64,000 nt of DNA from a virus (taxonomy: Duplodnaviria; Caudoviricetes): positions 64,001-128,000 of the IMG/VR virus record IMGVR_UViG_3300028886_000035. The stretch is one strand, 5' to 3'. Positions within the stretch are counted from its first letter, which is position 1, and every line of letters starts with the position of its first letter. Under the pieces are notes generated by a model. It was not told the origin of the DNA. It saw only the letters and a program-made list of their open reading frames with translations, and ran no database searches. A program made the translations under genes and the position numbers. This document shows positions 27,954-38,518 of this stretch, in pieces.

Positions 27954-29969
27954 TTATTTCTTTAAATAAATATGGTCATTCCCGACTGCATATTCTTGAC
28001 CACAATGTTTACAAACAACACCAGTTAAACTAGCAACCTTTTGTATACCTTGTAATGATTTTTTAGCATTGCAAATTGGACATTGTTGATTTACAAATTT
28101 ATCTACATCATCAGGACTATCCAATGTAACAATTACAGGCATATCTGTTGGTTCTTCTTCAACCACTACTGCTTTTTCATCATCAGGAAGTTCTTCAACA
28201 ACTTCTTCAACAGGTGCATCAGTTTCAATTTCCACTTCATCTGTTGGAGTTTCGTCATCTACTTTAATGACTTCATCTTCTACTTCAGGAGTATCAATTT
28301 CTTCTTCTCCTGCTCCTTGTGGGTCTTGTTCAACCATATCCACAAGTTCATCATGCGAAGGAACATCGTTTAAAGCTTCATCAACAACGTCCATTTCCTT
28401 ATCAATATCATCTAAGAAATATTCATTTAATTTAGCTCTATCAGACATTTTAGAAAGGTCTAATTCATGTTCTCTATCAATTACTTTTTGAGTAGCTTTT
28501 TCAGATTCATTAAAATGTTTTACTTCTTCATCTTGACTATTTAAATCATAAGCATCATTTTCAGGAGAAGTATATGCGTGTTGTGCTTCTGTATATGCTT
28601 TTCTCTTTTTCTTACCAAAGATTCCACCAAACTGCTCTGCATTATTTAAATCACGGCTATCTGCATCATTTGACGGTGGTTCGGATGGCATTATACGCAT
28701 ATTAGACATATCATCACCTGCAACAGATTCATCATATCCAGGTAAATCTGTCATATTTATTCCACCTTCAGGAATATCTGCAATCAAACGATGTTTGCAT
28801 TTTACATCTTTCTTAGAATTCCTAGAATCAAATGTTCCATTTTCTCCCTGTGATTGTTGTTGCGCCCAATCAAAAGCATTGCCAATAGCATCTCCAACTG
28901 CTCCAACTCCATCAGAAATTGCATTACCAATATCTTGGAAACCTGTTGAACCAGTATCTCCTGACCAATCATCAGCTTTTTTATCCATAGCAGAAATTTT
29001 CTTTTCCAATTTCTTAACTTTTGCTAAGAGACGATTATAACTAGCTTTAGATACAAAATTATCTGTATCAAAAGGAACTTCTTCAGGAGCAACGTCTCCA
29101 TCATTAGCATTATGTTGATACTTATCCGTTCCTGCTTCCTCAATTGTTTCATGTGGTTCACCTGAAATATCATCAATTCCTTCATGTGGTTCGCCTGAAA
29201 CATCTTCTATACCTTCGTTAATAGAAGCAGTAGTAGATTGTTCTTGTTGATTTTCTCCACTATTTGTAGTATCTGTAGAGGTATTTTCTTGTCCTTCTTC
29301 AGTAGCTTGTGGCTGACCATCTTCTAAATCTGCTACTTTAGCTAACTCATTTTCAAATTCTACATCATTAGAACCTGCATTATTTTGATATTTATCTGTG
29401 CCTGCTTCTTCAATTCCTGTATGTGGTCTACCAACAATATCCTGTATACCTTCATGTGGTTCGCCTGAAATATCTTCTACACCTTTATTAATTGAATCAC
29501 TAACATCTTGTATCTGGTCAGTTGGAACACCAAATCCACCAATTTCGCTTTCCATACCGTCATTATCAGTAGGCATATCTTCATTTTCAGCAGTTTTATC
29601 CAAATCAAAATAATTTGATTTACTTGCTTCAACATCACCACTACCATCATCTTCTGTAATAGTTTGTGAATCTGTTGAATCGTTACCATCGTCTGCTAAT
29701 TTTGTTTTACTAGCCACAACGGAATCTTTATTTAATTCATCATTAACCTGCTCAATAGATTTAACGCCATCCATTGACATAACTTCATTAGCTTGGTCAT
29801 TATATAAAACTGCACCATCATCTGTAAGATTTACATAATATGTTTCATTCTTCCATGTAACTGTTGGAAGATTTTTAACATTTTTTGTGGCAACTTTTTT
29901 GTTTTGAATCTTATTAACAAAACTGTCCAACCAAGAAGGAAGTGTACCACTATTTTTTTCAATCCTCAA
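27954..29969 (-). CDS. Acidic low-complexity putative prohead core/scaffold protein with internal repeat and C-terminal Zn ribbon
   Basis: Duplicated GEPHEG..EEAGTDKYQ.NA block; CPIC..CKHC; many K/R-x-A motifs. Confidence 0.55.
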   Translation of the reverse strand: MRIEKNSGTLPSWLDSFVNKIQNKKVATKNVKNLPTVTWKNETYYVNLTDDGAVLYNDQANEVMSMDGVKSIEQVNDELNKDSVVASKTKLADDGNDSTDSQTITEDDGSGDVEASKSNYFDLDKTAENEDMPTDNDGMESEIGGFGVPTDQIQDVSDSINKGVEDISGEPHEGIQDIVGRPHTGIEEAGTDKYQNNAGSNDVEFENELAKVADLEDGQPQATEEGQENTSTDTTNSGENQQEQSTTASINEGIEDVSGEPHEGIDDISGEPHETIEEAGTDKYQHNANDGDVAPEEVPFDTDNFVSKASYNRLLAKVKKLEKKISAMDKKADDWSGDTGSTGFQDIGNAISDGVGAVGDAIGNAFDWAQQQSQGENGTFDSRNSKKDVKCKHRLIADIPEGGINMTDLPGYDESVAGDDMSNMRIMPSEPPSNDADSRDLNNAEQFGGIFGKKKRKAYTEAQHAYTSPENDAYDLNSQDEEVKHFNESEKATQKVIDREHELDLSKMSDRAKLNEYFLDDIDKEMDVVDEALNDVPSHDELVDMVEQDPQGAGEEEIDTPEVEDEVIKVDDETPTDEVEIETDAPVEEVVEELPDDEKAVVVEEEPTDMPVIVTLDSPDDVDKFVNQQCPICNAKKSLQGIQKVASLTGVVCKHCGQEYAVGNDHIYLKK

Positions 29970-30078
29970 TTTACATTCACAACCTTTTATTATAAAATTA
30001 TCAGTATATTTACAGTATTATTTTATTATTTTTTCTTAATTACCTAAAAAAGAAATAGATTAATTTTTTTAAATTATA

Positions 30079-30267
30079 TTATTTTTCGCTTAACAATCTC
30101 CATTCATTATTATCTATTGGTTCTTCAAATTTATATTCAGGAGTATATTTACTATTTTCTATTTCTTCATTATTAAGTATCATATCTTCATAAGTATTAT
30201 TTTCTAGCCCTATTTGCATAGGAATTTCTCTATGAGTAATTGGTTTTGATATTAGTCTTTTTTTCAT
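30079..30267 (-). CDS. Small protein (MKKRLIS tag)
   Basis: ORF track; GGTGA RBS. Confidence 0.55.
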   Translation of the reverse strand: MKKRLISKPITHREIPMQIGLENNTYEDMILNNEEIENSKYTPEYKFEEPIDNNEWRLLSEK

Positions 30268-30273
30268 TAAATA

Positions 30274-30636
30274 TCACCCATTTATAAATTCAGAATCTCC
30301 CAGTGATAATGGTTTCATTTTTAATGTCATATCTTGTGATTTTTCTTTTAATAAGTCTATTTTACTAAGTACCAATTGTTTTTCCCTTGCAAAGTCTTCT
30401 GCATAATTAACGCCTTTTAATGCAATCGCCAATTCACAAAAAAATTCAAATGATTCTTCAAATGATGTTCCATCATATAAAGAAGATGTATCATATGTAT
30501 CTATTGCAACAATAGAATACATTGGCTTATTATTTAAAAGACGAACGGAATACTGATAATATATTCCTCCTTCAGTCATAAAACCATTTAATTCCATTAT
30601 TGGTTTAGAATACATATTTTTTGCTAAACGTTTCAT
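30274..30636 (-). CDS. Hypothetical protein (MKRLAK tag)
   Basis: ORF track. Confidence 0.6.
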   Translation of the reverse strand: MKRLAKNMYSKPIMELNGFMTEGGIYYQYSVRLLNNKPMYSIVAIDTYDTSSLYDGTSFEESFEFFCELAIALKGVNYAEDFAREKQLVLSKIDLLKEKSQDMTLKMKPLSLGDSEFING

Positions 30637-31614
30637 TTATTTCCATTCATCCCCCATCTGAAATAGCCCATGCACATGATAACAAGTTCCATTGTTCGAT
30701 TGATGTTGTAAATTACATACTATGTTATGTTTTTGTTCTTTCTTTAAATCAAAATCTTTATCAAATATTGATTTTTTCGTAGTAATCGCTTGTTCACAAG
30801 AACATGATGTTAATCTACCGTCTAATTCAATATAACAATAATTTTGGAAAATTGGACATTTTTCACCACAATATTCATTGTGTTGTAAAAAACTTAATCT
30901 TTCCCCTTTTATATTATCTATCAAAAACTTAGATAGTTCTTTATCAAAATATAAACAGGAAGCTACATTTTTAACTGTTTCTTCTGCATTATAATCTCTA
31001 CGAACATAAGATATAACTAGATTATTGCCATACTTTTTATGTATTTTATAATATAAATGTTCTATTAACTGTTTATAATCTTTTGTTTTTTGTTTGTCTA
31101 ACAAAAGATTAAATTCCAATTCAACAAATTTATAAGAATTAGCCATTCTAACTAATCTATCAATATGTTCAATATACTTTCTTGGATTACGTAAAAATGT
31201 TTCATAATGTGCAGAACAACATATTAATATTGGCATATGTAATGTAGCAATTTCACAACATTCTTTAAAAAACTTTTCATCATTTCCATTTGTCATAATA
31301 TTAACTAAACATTTTGGTTTTAAATAATCTAATGCGAAAAACAAGTCTTTATAACATGAAGGTTCTCCACCTATAAATGTTAATTGTTGTAATCCATGAA
31401 TTTGGTTTTTTATAAAATCACAAACTTTTTTTGTTTCCTCATGTGTCATATTTCTATAATATTCTTTATAAGTATGACGATTCAAACAGTAAGAGCATCT
31501 TTCATTACACACATTGCCAAAATACCATTCTACTTGATATTTTTTATACCTAGAATGATAAACAACATTATAACTTTTAAAATGAATTTTTTTTATTTTT
31601 CTATAACGTTTCAT
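30637..31614 (-). CDS. Radical SAM protein with C-terminal Twitch-like Cys cluster
   Basis: CNERCSYC, GGEP, TNG; CP..YIELDG..SCSC..C. Confidence 0.85.
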   Translation of the reverse strand: MKRYRKIKKIHFKSYNVVYHSRYKKYQVEWYFGNVCNERCSYCLNRHTYKEYYRNMTHEETKKVCDFIKNQIHGLQQLTFIGGEPSCYKDLFFALDYLKPKCLVNIMTNGNDEKFFKECCEIATLHMPILICCSAHYETFLRNPRKYIEHIDRLVRMANSYKFVELEFNLLLDKQKTKDYKQLIEHLYYKIHKKYGNNLVISYVRRDYNAEETVKNVASCLYFDKELSKFLIDNIKGERLSFLQHNEYCGEKCPIFQNYCYIELDGRLTSCSCEQAITTKKSIFDKDFDLKKEQKHNIVCNLQHQSNNGTCYHVHGLFQMGDEWK

Positions 31615-31615
31615 T

Positions 31616-31879
31616 TTATCTTCCTATCCAACGCAAAGAAGAAGCCCACGGACCAGGAATACCAGGACGTGGGCTTGTATCTCTTTGGTCATTATCATAA
31701 TCAACCAAATTGGTAGGATTTATAAGAAACGTCTTAGCATCATTATTTGTATGTTCTTTTAACTCATAATTTTTATGTCCTTTGTCATAAAAATCTTTTT
31801 CATTATCTTCTATAATACGGCGATATTCTTTTTCAAGTTCGTCCATATCCAATTCAGATAATTTGACTAAACGTTTCAT
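31616..31879 (-). CDS. Hypothetical protein (MKRLVKLS tag)
   Basis: ORF track. Confidence 0.6.
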   Translation of the reverse strand: MKRLVKLSELDMDELEKEYRRIIEDNEKDFYDKGHKNYELKEHTNNDAKTFLINPTNLVDYDNDQRDTSPRPGIPGPWASSLRWIGR

Positions 31880-31901
31880 AACAAAACCCCTTATTTAATT
31901 T

Positions 31902-34900
31902 TTAATAACGATTTAATTTTTTATTAAATTCATCTAATTGTTCAAAATTATCCACTTGATTTAATTCCTTCTGTAACAAATCGACTCTAGTTTTGGAAAT
32001 TTTATTTTTTCCAATTAATGAACTTAAACGATATTGTGCTTTTGAATGAAGTTGTTTAAAATATTCTTTTGATTTACCATCAGAAATATTTTTAATATCT
32101 TTACTATCACTATCTTGTATATGATATTCTTTTGGTATTGCCAATCCATTTATTTGTGCTTTCTTAAATTGGTTATCAATTGCTTCTTTATCATAAGCAT
32201 TCAAATCACTTAATGAAAGTAATTCTTCAAAACTATATTGACTAGCATATTTATCACTATTTATTTTGCTAATCTTATTAGTTTTTTCCCATTTACTAAT
32301 TGTGTTTAAAATATCTTTTTCATTAGCAATTTTTTTCATCTTATTAAGCATTTCTCGCTTAGATAAAATAATATTGTGTTTTTCATGCTTATTAGAAGAA
32401 TATTCATTATATGTTTTGTTAATTGTAGAAAGTTCAAATAAACTATCTAAATCCTTTTCACTTTCTGTATTTACCAAACCATTTTCAATTCCCATATCAA
32501 ATTTAGCAGTTATACTCAAACCATTATTTTTATTGAAAATTTGTGCAGTACAACGCACATTATTTTCATCCATTTTAATAGAATCAAATTTAATACATTC
32601 TAAATGTTTTGGTAAAGCATTTGAAAATTGTGATTTAAATTCAGATACAGTTAATCTCTTTTCTACATTTCTCGTATCTGTATCATCTATATATTCTGCT
32701 TCTAATTCTTTATCTGCTACTTTATTTGCTTTACTTAAATTATCCTCTTTTAATCCTTCTGATACATTTAAATTACTACTACGCATTAAATCTTCAAAAG
32801 ATTGTTCAGAAGCATATAATGTACTTGAAATTTTAGTAATAACATTCTTTTTAACTAATTCATCAATCATTATATCTATATTTTCTTCAGGAAGAATGTT
32901 AAATAATTTTTCATGAAAATTTCTCTTAGAAATAATTACTTTGTTATGGCTATCAGAATTGTTTTCTTTTAAATAAGCACTTAGCATTTTGCTATTTTTA
33001 AAACGATTTGCTAAATCTTTAATTTCAATCATTTTATCATTAATTTTGCAATAAACATGTTCATTATCAATTTTAGCAACAATATTACGTTTCTTATTAT
33101 CTTTTGCTTTAAATGCAATTATCATATTCTGATTATCTAACATAGTTAAATCAAAATCATTTAAATATTTACCAATTAAATTATATGCTTTAACAAAATG
33201 TTGTTCTTTTTTATCTAATGCTTCTTGTGTTCTTGTATCATTATCAGAAATATAATGTCTTACTAATTCAGACAATGTAGTTCTATTTGCTTTTTCTAAA
33301 TTGTATGTTTTTAAATTTTTATCTATATCTTTTGTATAAGAATTTAAAAGATTATTAAATGATGTATTTGCAACATACGTATTAGAATTAATCTTTGCAA
33401 TTTTTTTACTATTGACTAAATCATTAATTAATTGATTCGTTTGTTCTTTTGTTAAATAATCTTTTAAATTATTTACAAATTGTTTATGACTAATAATGAT
33501 TTTTTTGTCTTTAGAAATATCTACATCTGTATCTTTTACATATGCACTAAGTAATTTACTGCGTGTAAACATAGTTTTTAATTCATCTAAATTTACATAC
33601 TTAGTTCCTGCTTTACAAAGAATATTGCCTTTTTTAATATATCCTGATACAATTCTCTTTTTATTATTGCTATTAATAAAAGATAACACGAACTTATCTT
33701 TACTAAGCATTTTTACGTCACAATTTTTAAATTTATGATTAACCTGTGCTACAACTGCTTCTTTATATGCTTCAATATTTTTAATTGCTTGTTGTGTTCG
33801 TGTATCATTATCTTTTGTTTCATAAGAATAGAACTTATCATCATTACCAAAACGAATTTTTGCTTGCTTAATGTTTTCTATCTCATTCTTACTTCTAAAT
33901 TTTGTTCCACGAACCAATTCAGACAATGATTTATTAGAAGCATATGTTGTTGAATTAAGTTTCGTAACTAAATTATTTTCTTCCCAATCTTGAATCATCT
34001 GATTGATATTTTCAGAAGAAATATAATTATGCAACTGCGCTTTTAATTCTTTAGCAGAATATACATATCCACCTGCAATCTGATTATCTTTACCGTTCAG
34101 ATATTCTTTAATTTCTTTATCATCGTTACCAAATTTTTGTAATAATTGTGCTACAGTAAATCGATTCATTTGTTCATCTTCAATATACTGCAATTTAGCT
34201 ACTTTTTCATTTTCAATATTAAAAACAAATCCATAACTATCTCTCATATTATTATGATTGATAACTGATGTTATATATAAATTATCATTATCTCTACTAG
34301 CATTAACCATTTTATATACATTAAATGTACGATTAATAATATTACTAGCTTCAATTGCCAAACGATTTGCAGATTTATTTTCGTAACTAGCTTTTGCTAC
34401 ACGATTATTTACAAATTCAGCAGTATGTGATACTTCACCTACAAATTGTTCTCTTGTATCAGGGAATAAATAATTTATATCATACGTGGAAGCATATTCA
34501 TTACTACCAATAGCAACAATATTTCCCTCTTTTACATTTTTTTCAATAAGTTCTTTGGCTAAACTTAAACGATTATTACAACGTTGTAAAATTTCATATC
34601 GTGTCATAACAGTATATTGGTATGACGCTTGTTTTACTTTTGTTGGTTTATTTAAATCTACTGTTTGACTATCTTCTATGGAATCTTCTAATCCCGCTTC
34701 ACTATATGGGTATTCATTAATGATACTAGCAATTTTAGTTGTAAATGTTTTATTTGCAACAATTTTACCATTATCATCATTGTACGTAAATGTATATTCC
34801 AATGGATTATTTAAAAGAGTTGCTTTAATAACAACTTTATCATTATCCACAGAAGCATTTGCAGTATATCTATACTTTTTTAAAAATTTAGATAATTCAT

Positions 34901-35129
34901 TCATTGCAAATACTTGCAACTGTTTTTCATTAAATGAAAATTTCATTTCACGTACATTACCTAAATCATTATTACGTTCTGCAATAATGTGTTTACGGTT
35001 AATGGTATTATTATCAAATTCAATATTCATTTTACGTTCAACAGGATTATTAAATTTAATGTTATCAATCCAATCAGGTACATTTACCTTTGGATTTGTA
35101 AGTAATTTTCCATCTACCTCATTGAGCAT
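31902..35129 (-). CDS. Large repetitive protein with five ~190-aa units
   Basis: Repeated helix-helix-IxKI(N/S)SxxYA motif, mostly followed by D.DTR. Confidence 0.75.
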   Translation of the reverse strand: MLNEVDGKLLTNPKVNVPDWIDNIKFNNPVERKMNIEFDNNTINRKHIIAERNNDLGNVREMKFSFNEKQLQVFAMNELSKFLKKYRYTANASVDNDKVVIKATLLNNPLEYTFTYNDDNGKIVANKTFTTKIASIINEYPYSEAGLEDSIEDSQTVDLNKPTKVKQASYQYTVMTRYEILQRCNNRLSLAKELIEKNVKEGNIVAIGSNEYASTYDINYLFPDTREQFVGEVSHTAEFVNNRVAKASYENKSANRLAIEASNIINRTFNVYKMVNASRDNDNLYITSVINHNNMRDSYGFVFNIENEKVAKLQYIEDEQMNRFTVAQLLQKFGNDDKEIKEYLNGKDNQIAGGYVYSAKELKAQLHNYISSENINQMIQDWEENNLVTKLNSTTYASNKSLSELVRGTKFRSKNEIENIKQAKIRFGNDDKFYSYETKDNDTRTQQAIKNIEAYKEAVVAQVNHKFKNCDVKMLSKDKFVLSFINSNNKKRIVSGYIKKGNILCKAGTKYVNLDELKTMFTRSKLLSAYVKDTDVDISKDKKIIISHKQFVNNLKDYLTKEQTNQLINDLVNSKKIAKINSNTYVANTSFNNLLNSYTKDIDKNLKTYNLEKANRTTLSELVRHYISDNDTRTQEALDKKEQHFVKAYNLIGKYLNDFDLTMLDNQNMIIAFKAKDNKKRNIVAKIDNEHVYCKINDKMIEIKDLANRFKNSKMLSAYLKENNSDSHNKVIISKRNFHEKLFNILPEENIDIMIDELVKKNVITKISSTLYASEQSFEDLMRSSNLNVSEGLKEDNLSKANKVADKELEAEYIDDTDTRNVEKRLTVSEFKSQFSNALPKHLECIKFDSIKMDENNVRCTAQIFNKNNGLSITAKFDMGIENGLVNTESEKDLDSLFELSTINKTYNEYSSNKHEKHNIILSKREMLNKMKKIANEKDILNTISKWEKTNKISKINSDKYASQYSFEELLSLSDLNAYDKEAIDNQFKKAQINGLAIPKEYHIQDSDSKDIKNISDGKSKEYFKQLHSKAQYRLSSLIGKNKISKTRVDLLQKELNQVDNFEQLDEFNKKLNRY

Positions 35130-35150
35130 AATTTACATACACTCTCCTTT

Positions 35151-35492
35151 TTATGCTAATCTACCATAAATTTTATCTATTGCTTCATCGACTGTACTAT
35201 AAAATCCACGATACTGTACATCCGACCATTTTGATTTTTTATATCCTGCCAATGTACAAATAGCAGAAATAACTACAAATACTTCTTTATATTCCTTATC
35301 ATTTAATGTAAATTTCCAAACTTCAAATACATCTAACACATCAGGAACATTAACAACTGTATAAAAATCATCTATATTACTACGTGATTTATTTGTTTGT
35401 TTTCTAATGCTTCTAATTGGAGCAGGTGGATTAGCAAAATTTTGTTTTAGTAATGTACTAATATTGTCACTAGCTTCATTAATAGCATCCAT
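35151..35492 (-). CDS. Hypothetical protein ending in GRLA
   Basis: ORF track. Confidence 0.6.
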   Translation of the reverse strand: MDAINEASDNISTLLKQNFANPPAPIRSIRKQTNKSRSNIDDFYTVVNVPDVLDVFEVWKFTLNDKEYKEVFVVISAICTLAGYKKSKWSDVQYRGFYSTVDEAIDKIYGRLA

Positions 35493-35530
35493 AACTTGAC
35501 TTAATGGTATATTACCAATTTCATCAGCTA

Positions 35531-36412
35531 TTAGTCTTTTTTTTTTGCATGAACAGAAGGTGTTTCATACATTTCAGGCTTTACCCCATCAAATCCACGC
35601 ATATCTGTAATATAATCATATCCCATATCTGTACTACTTGTATTACCACCATTATAAGGCGCATCATATGGGTCTTGATTACCATCCATCATACGTTCAA
35701 TATTTTTTAAACTTTCGTCTGAAATATTAAAATCTTGATAATGTTCGTAACCCTTATCATTTATTTTTTCATCAACTAAATCTTTAGTTAAACAAATTGC
35801 ATAATCTTCAGGGAAAATTACACTATAATAATCTAACAAATCAGAAACACGTTTAGCGGAAACATTTACTCCCATTTCTTGTATATCGTCTATCTCACCT
35901 AAACAAAGTTTTAATGCTTCGCTATTTTCAAATAAATGTTTCGATATATTTAATTTTATTTGAATATTTTTATTTTTAGCCATTTTAACAATTTTACTAA
36001 ATTGTTTTTTTGCATAAAAAGCTCTATCGTCAACTAAAACAGGATAAACTTTATATCCTAATTTTTCTATTTCATCTGCTACTGCTTTTTTTAATTTATT
36101 ATCATAACGCAAAGTGAATGCTTCATAAAAATTTTGTAATTCACCATCTGTTCCATTCCACAATGTAAGAATATAATCTGCTAAAAATTCAGGATAGAAA
36201 TGCATATTAATCATTTCTTGACCTGCAACCTTTGTATTTATTCCTTTATTCTTTGCCCATTGTTGAAAAGCATAAGGTTCATTCTTATACCCTTTTAAAT
36301 AATCATTCATAGAAGCATCACCTAAAATGTCTCCATCATCACGCCAATTTAAATCTAAGTCATAATCATATGGCTTATTGACTTCAGGGTTTTTTCTCAA
36401 ATCTTGTGTCAT
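35531..36412 (-). CDS. Hypothetical, probable virion protein
   Basis: ORF track; AGGAG RBS; head-module context. Confidence 0.6.
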   Translation of the reverse strand: MTQDLRKNPEVNKPYDYDLDLNWRDDGDILGDASMNDYLKGYKNEPYAFQQWAKNKGINTKVAGQEMINMHFYPEFLADYILTLWNGTDGELQNFYEAFTLRYDNKLKKAVADEIEKLGYKVYPVLVDDRAFYAKKQFSKIVKMAKNKNIQIKLNISKHLFENSEALKLCLGEIDDIQEMGVNVSAKRVSDLLDYYSVIFPEDYAICLTKDLVDEKINDKGYEHYQDFNISDESLKNIERMMDGNQDPYDAPYNGGNTSSTDMGYDYITDMRGFDGVKPEMYETPSVHAKKKD

Positions 36413-36993
36413 TATTTGTTCTCCTTTAAAGCATAATTTATAATTAATTGCTTAATATCTGATAACAATTTAGATGATACAACAATTTTTTGTTTACGTA
36501 AAAACTTAGATAAACTTTCGTCAAATTCATCTTTGTTTATTATATTATTTTTCTTGGCAACTTTCTTACGGATTACTTCATTTTCATTATCATCCTGTAC
36601 TTCTTTTATAAGATATTGCTGACCATCTTCATACGTTTTTAAAGTCCAAATAGAACCATCATCAAAATCATAATCATATAACCCCGCTACCGTATTTTTA
36701 CCAAAAGCACGGTATTTATTATCTCCGATATTCGTAAATGATTTTAATACATTTTCATCTACCTTAAATTTTGGAGCACTAGGAGAATAATATACATTAT
36801 AATATTTTCCTACTTTTTCATACATTGACTGATAACCATTCACATTTAAATCATGCTGAACCTGTTTTGCTTCTGTTTCAGAATTTACAACAGAAAATAA
36901 TTTCTTACTCTGTTTATGCATTGATTCCGCAATTCGTGTAAACGTATCATTATCAAAGATTTCATCTGAAACTCTTTTAATCACGTTTTTCAC
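36412..36993 (-). CDS. Hypothetical protein (MKNVIKRVS start)
   Basis: ORF track. Confidence 0.6.
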   Translation of the reverse strand: MKNVIKRVSDEIFDNDTFTRIAESMHKQSKKLFSVVNSETEAKQVQHDLNVNGYQSMYEKVGKYYNVYYSPSAPKFKVDENVLKSFTNIGDNKYRAFGKNTVAGLYDYDFDDGSIWTLKTYEDGQQYLIKEVQDDNENEVIRKKVAKKNNIINKDEFDESLSKFLRKQKIVVSSKLLSDIKQLIINYALKENK

Positions 36994-37172
36994 ACTCCCT
37001 AATTCGTAAATTCTGAAACCAAAAGTTATAGTGGTATCAGAACGTTTATATCTATTAAAAAAATAATATAAACGTTTTATATTATTACTTTTTCTTATAT
37101 ATACAAAGCTATAATACTTGTTTTATAACATAAAAATAAAAGGTAAGATTAATCTTACCTTTTATAAAATTA

Positions 37173-37844
37173 TTATTTATCATTAATCAAATCGCAACCA
37201 ATAAAATTGCGATTTGTATCTTTACAACAAGTTAAAACAGAATAGCCACCTGCACATGGGTCTAATACAAAGTCTTGTTCATCTGTTGTGGCTAAAATTA
37301 ATCGTTTCTGTAATTCAATTGGTTTACTATGTGGATGTACTTTTACTACCTTTTCTTGCCAAACATCAGGTATACCGTGGTCATTCCAACAGCCCTTTGC
37401 ACGAATAGGCTTCTTCTGTAATACTACCATATATTCTGCCTTATGTCTTGAACGGTATCCCATTCCTATTTTCATCTTATCCCACGTAATCATATCAACT
37501 ACTTCAAGTGGAAGTCCTTTCCTCCATTTATGAGCACTACCTTCACAAAGATGAAACCTATCTACCCACAAAAATATATGTCCACTTGGTTTTAATACTC
37601 TTGAAATTTCAGTTAAAAATTCAACAATTTTTTCTTCAGTCATTTGTGGTAATGCACAACGGTCTACATTACGATTTTTACCTTCATCACCGTAATGCAA
37701 TTGGTCTAAAATACCTCTATACTGTGGGTCAAACACACAAAGTTTAATTGTTTCATCTTTTAAACTTTTCATTAACTCCATGCCATCAGACTTATTCTTA
37801 TCGTTAATCACATAATTAGTTTGGCTAGAAAAAATATCCTGCAT
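37173..37844 (-). CDS. N6-adenine/N4-cytosine DNA methyltransferase (beta class)
   Basis: Catalytic DPQY precedes HPHSKP and the VLDPCAGG SAM-binding motif. Confidence 0.85.
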   Translation of the reverse strand: MQDIFSSQTNYVINDKNKSDGMELMKSLKDETIKLCVFDPQYRGILDQLHYGDEGKNRNVDRCALPQMTEEKIVEFLTEISRVLKPSGHIFLWVDRFHLCEGSAHKWRKGLPLEVVDMITWDKMKIGMGYRSRHKAEYMVVLQKKPIRAKGCWNDHGIPDVWQEKVVKVHPHSKPIELQKRLILATTDEQDFVLDPCAGGYSVLTCCKDTNRNFIGCDLINDK

Positions 37845-37846
37845 TA

Positions 37847-38506
37847 TTAATCCTCTTTCTTCAACAATTTTTCATACAAATAACTTTTTAATTCCTCTAC
37901 GTGCATTTCACGTTTTTCCTCATCTGTATGTTTTTCATCTAAAATCATATATAATTCTTTTAATGCTTTTTTCTTGATAACTGAAACTCTACTTTGACTG
38001 ATTTTAAGTTTCTTACCAATTTCTTGTTGTTTATATCCTTCTAAAGTAAGTCCAATAACTTCTTTTTGACGTTTATTAAGCAAACTAAATATATACTCTA
38101 CATACATATCTGATTCACTATCACCAATGTCATCAACAGTTTTATTTTGTAATAAATAATCACAATCAGAAGGTTTTTCTCTATTTCCTTTAAAATAATA
38201 CCTTTGAATGTAAGCTCTTAATTTAATAATTAAATTCTTAAATAAATATCTATCAAATTTAAAGAACTTCCCATCATAATATGGGTCATATGCTTCACAT
38301 AAAACTGTAAAATAAATATATGCTTGTTGTAATAATTCATTTTTATCAAATGATTTCATCCAACCTAGCCAACCTACTAATCTTTGTATTTTTTCCTCAT
38401 ACATAAACCATATTTTATTTCTATCTGTTTTAACATCCTCATATAATGGTTCAAAAGGAGGAACTAAATCAAAGTTTTCTTTGGTTTCATCAGACGTATT
38501 TATCAA
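37847..38506 (-). CDS. Sigma70-family RNA polymerase sigma factor (probably late)
   Basis: Region 2-like ELLQQAY..YDP..F..Y; region 4 HTH LNKRQKEVI..YKQQEIGKKLKISQSRVS. Confidence 0.85.
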   Translation of the reverse strand: MINTSDETKENFDLVPPFEPLYEDVKTDRNKIWFMYEEKIQRLVGWLGWMKSFDKNELLQQAYIYFTVLCEAYDPYYDGKFFKFDRYLFKNLIIKLRAYIQRYYFKGNREKPSDCDYLLQNKTVDDIGDSESDMYVEYIFSLLNKRQKEVIGLTLEGYKQQEIGKKLKISQSRVSVIKKKALKELYMILDEKHTDEEKREMHVEELKSYLYEKLLKKED

Positions 38507-38518
38507 ATTAATCCTTCC

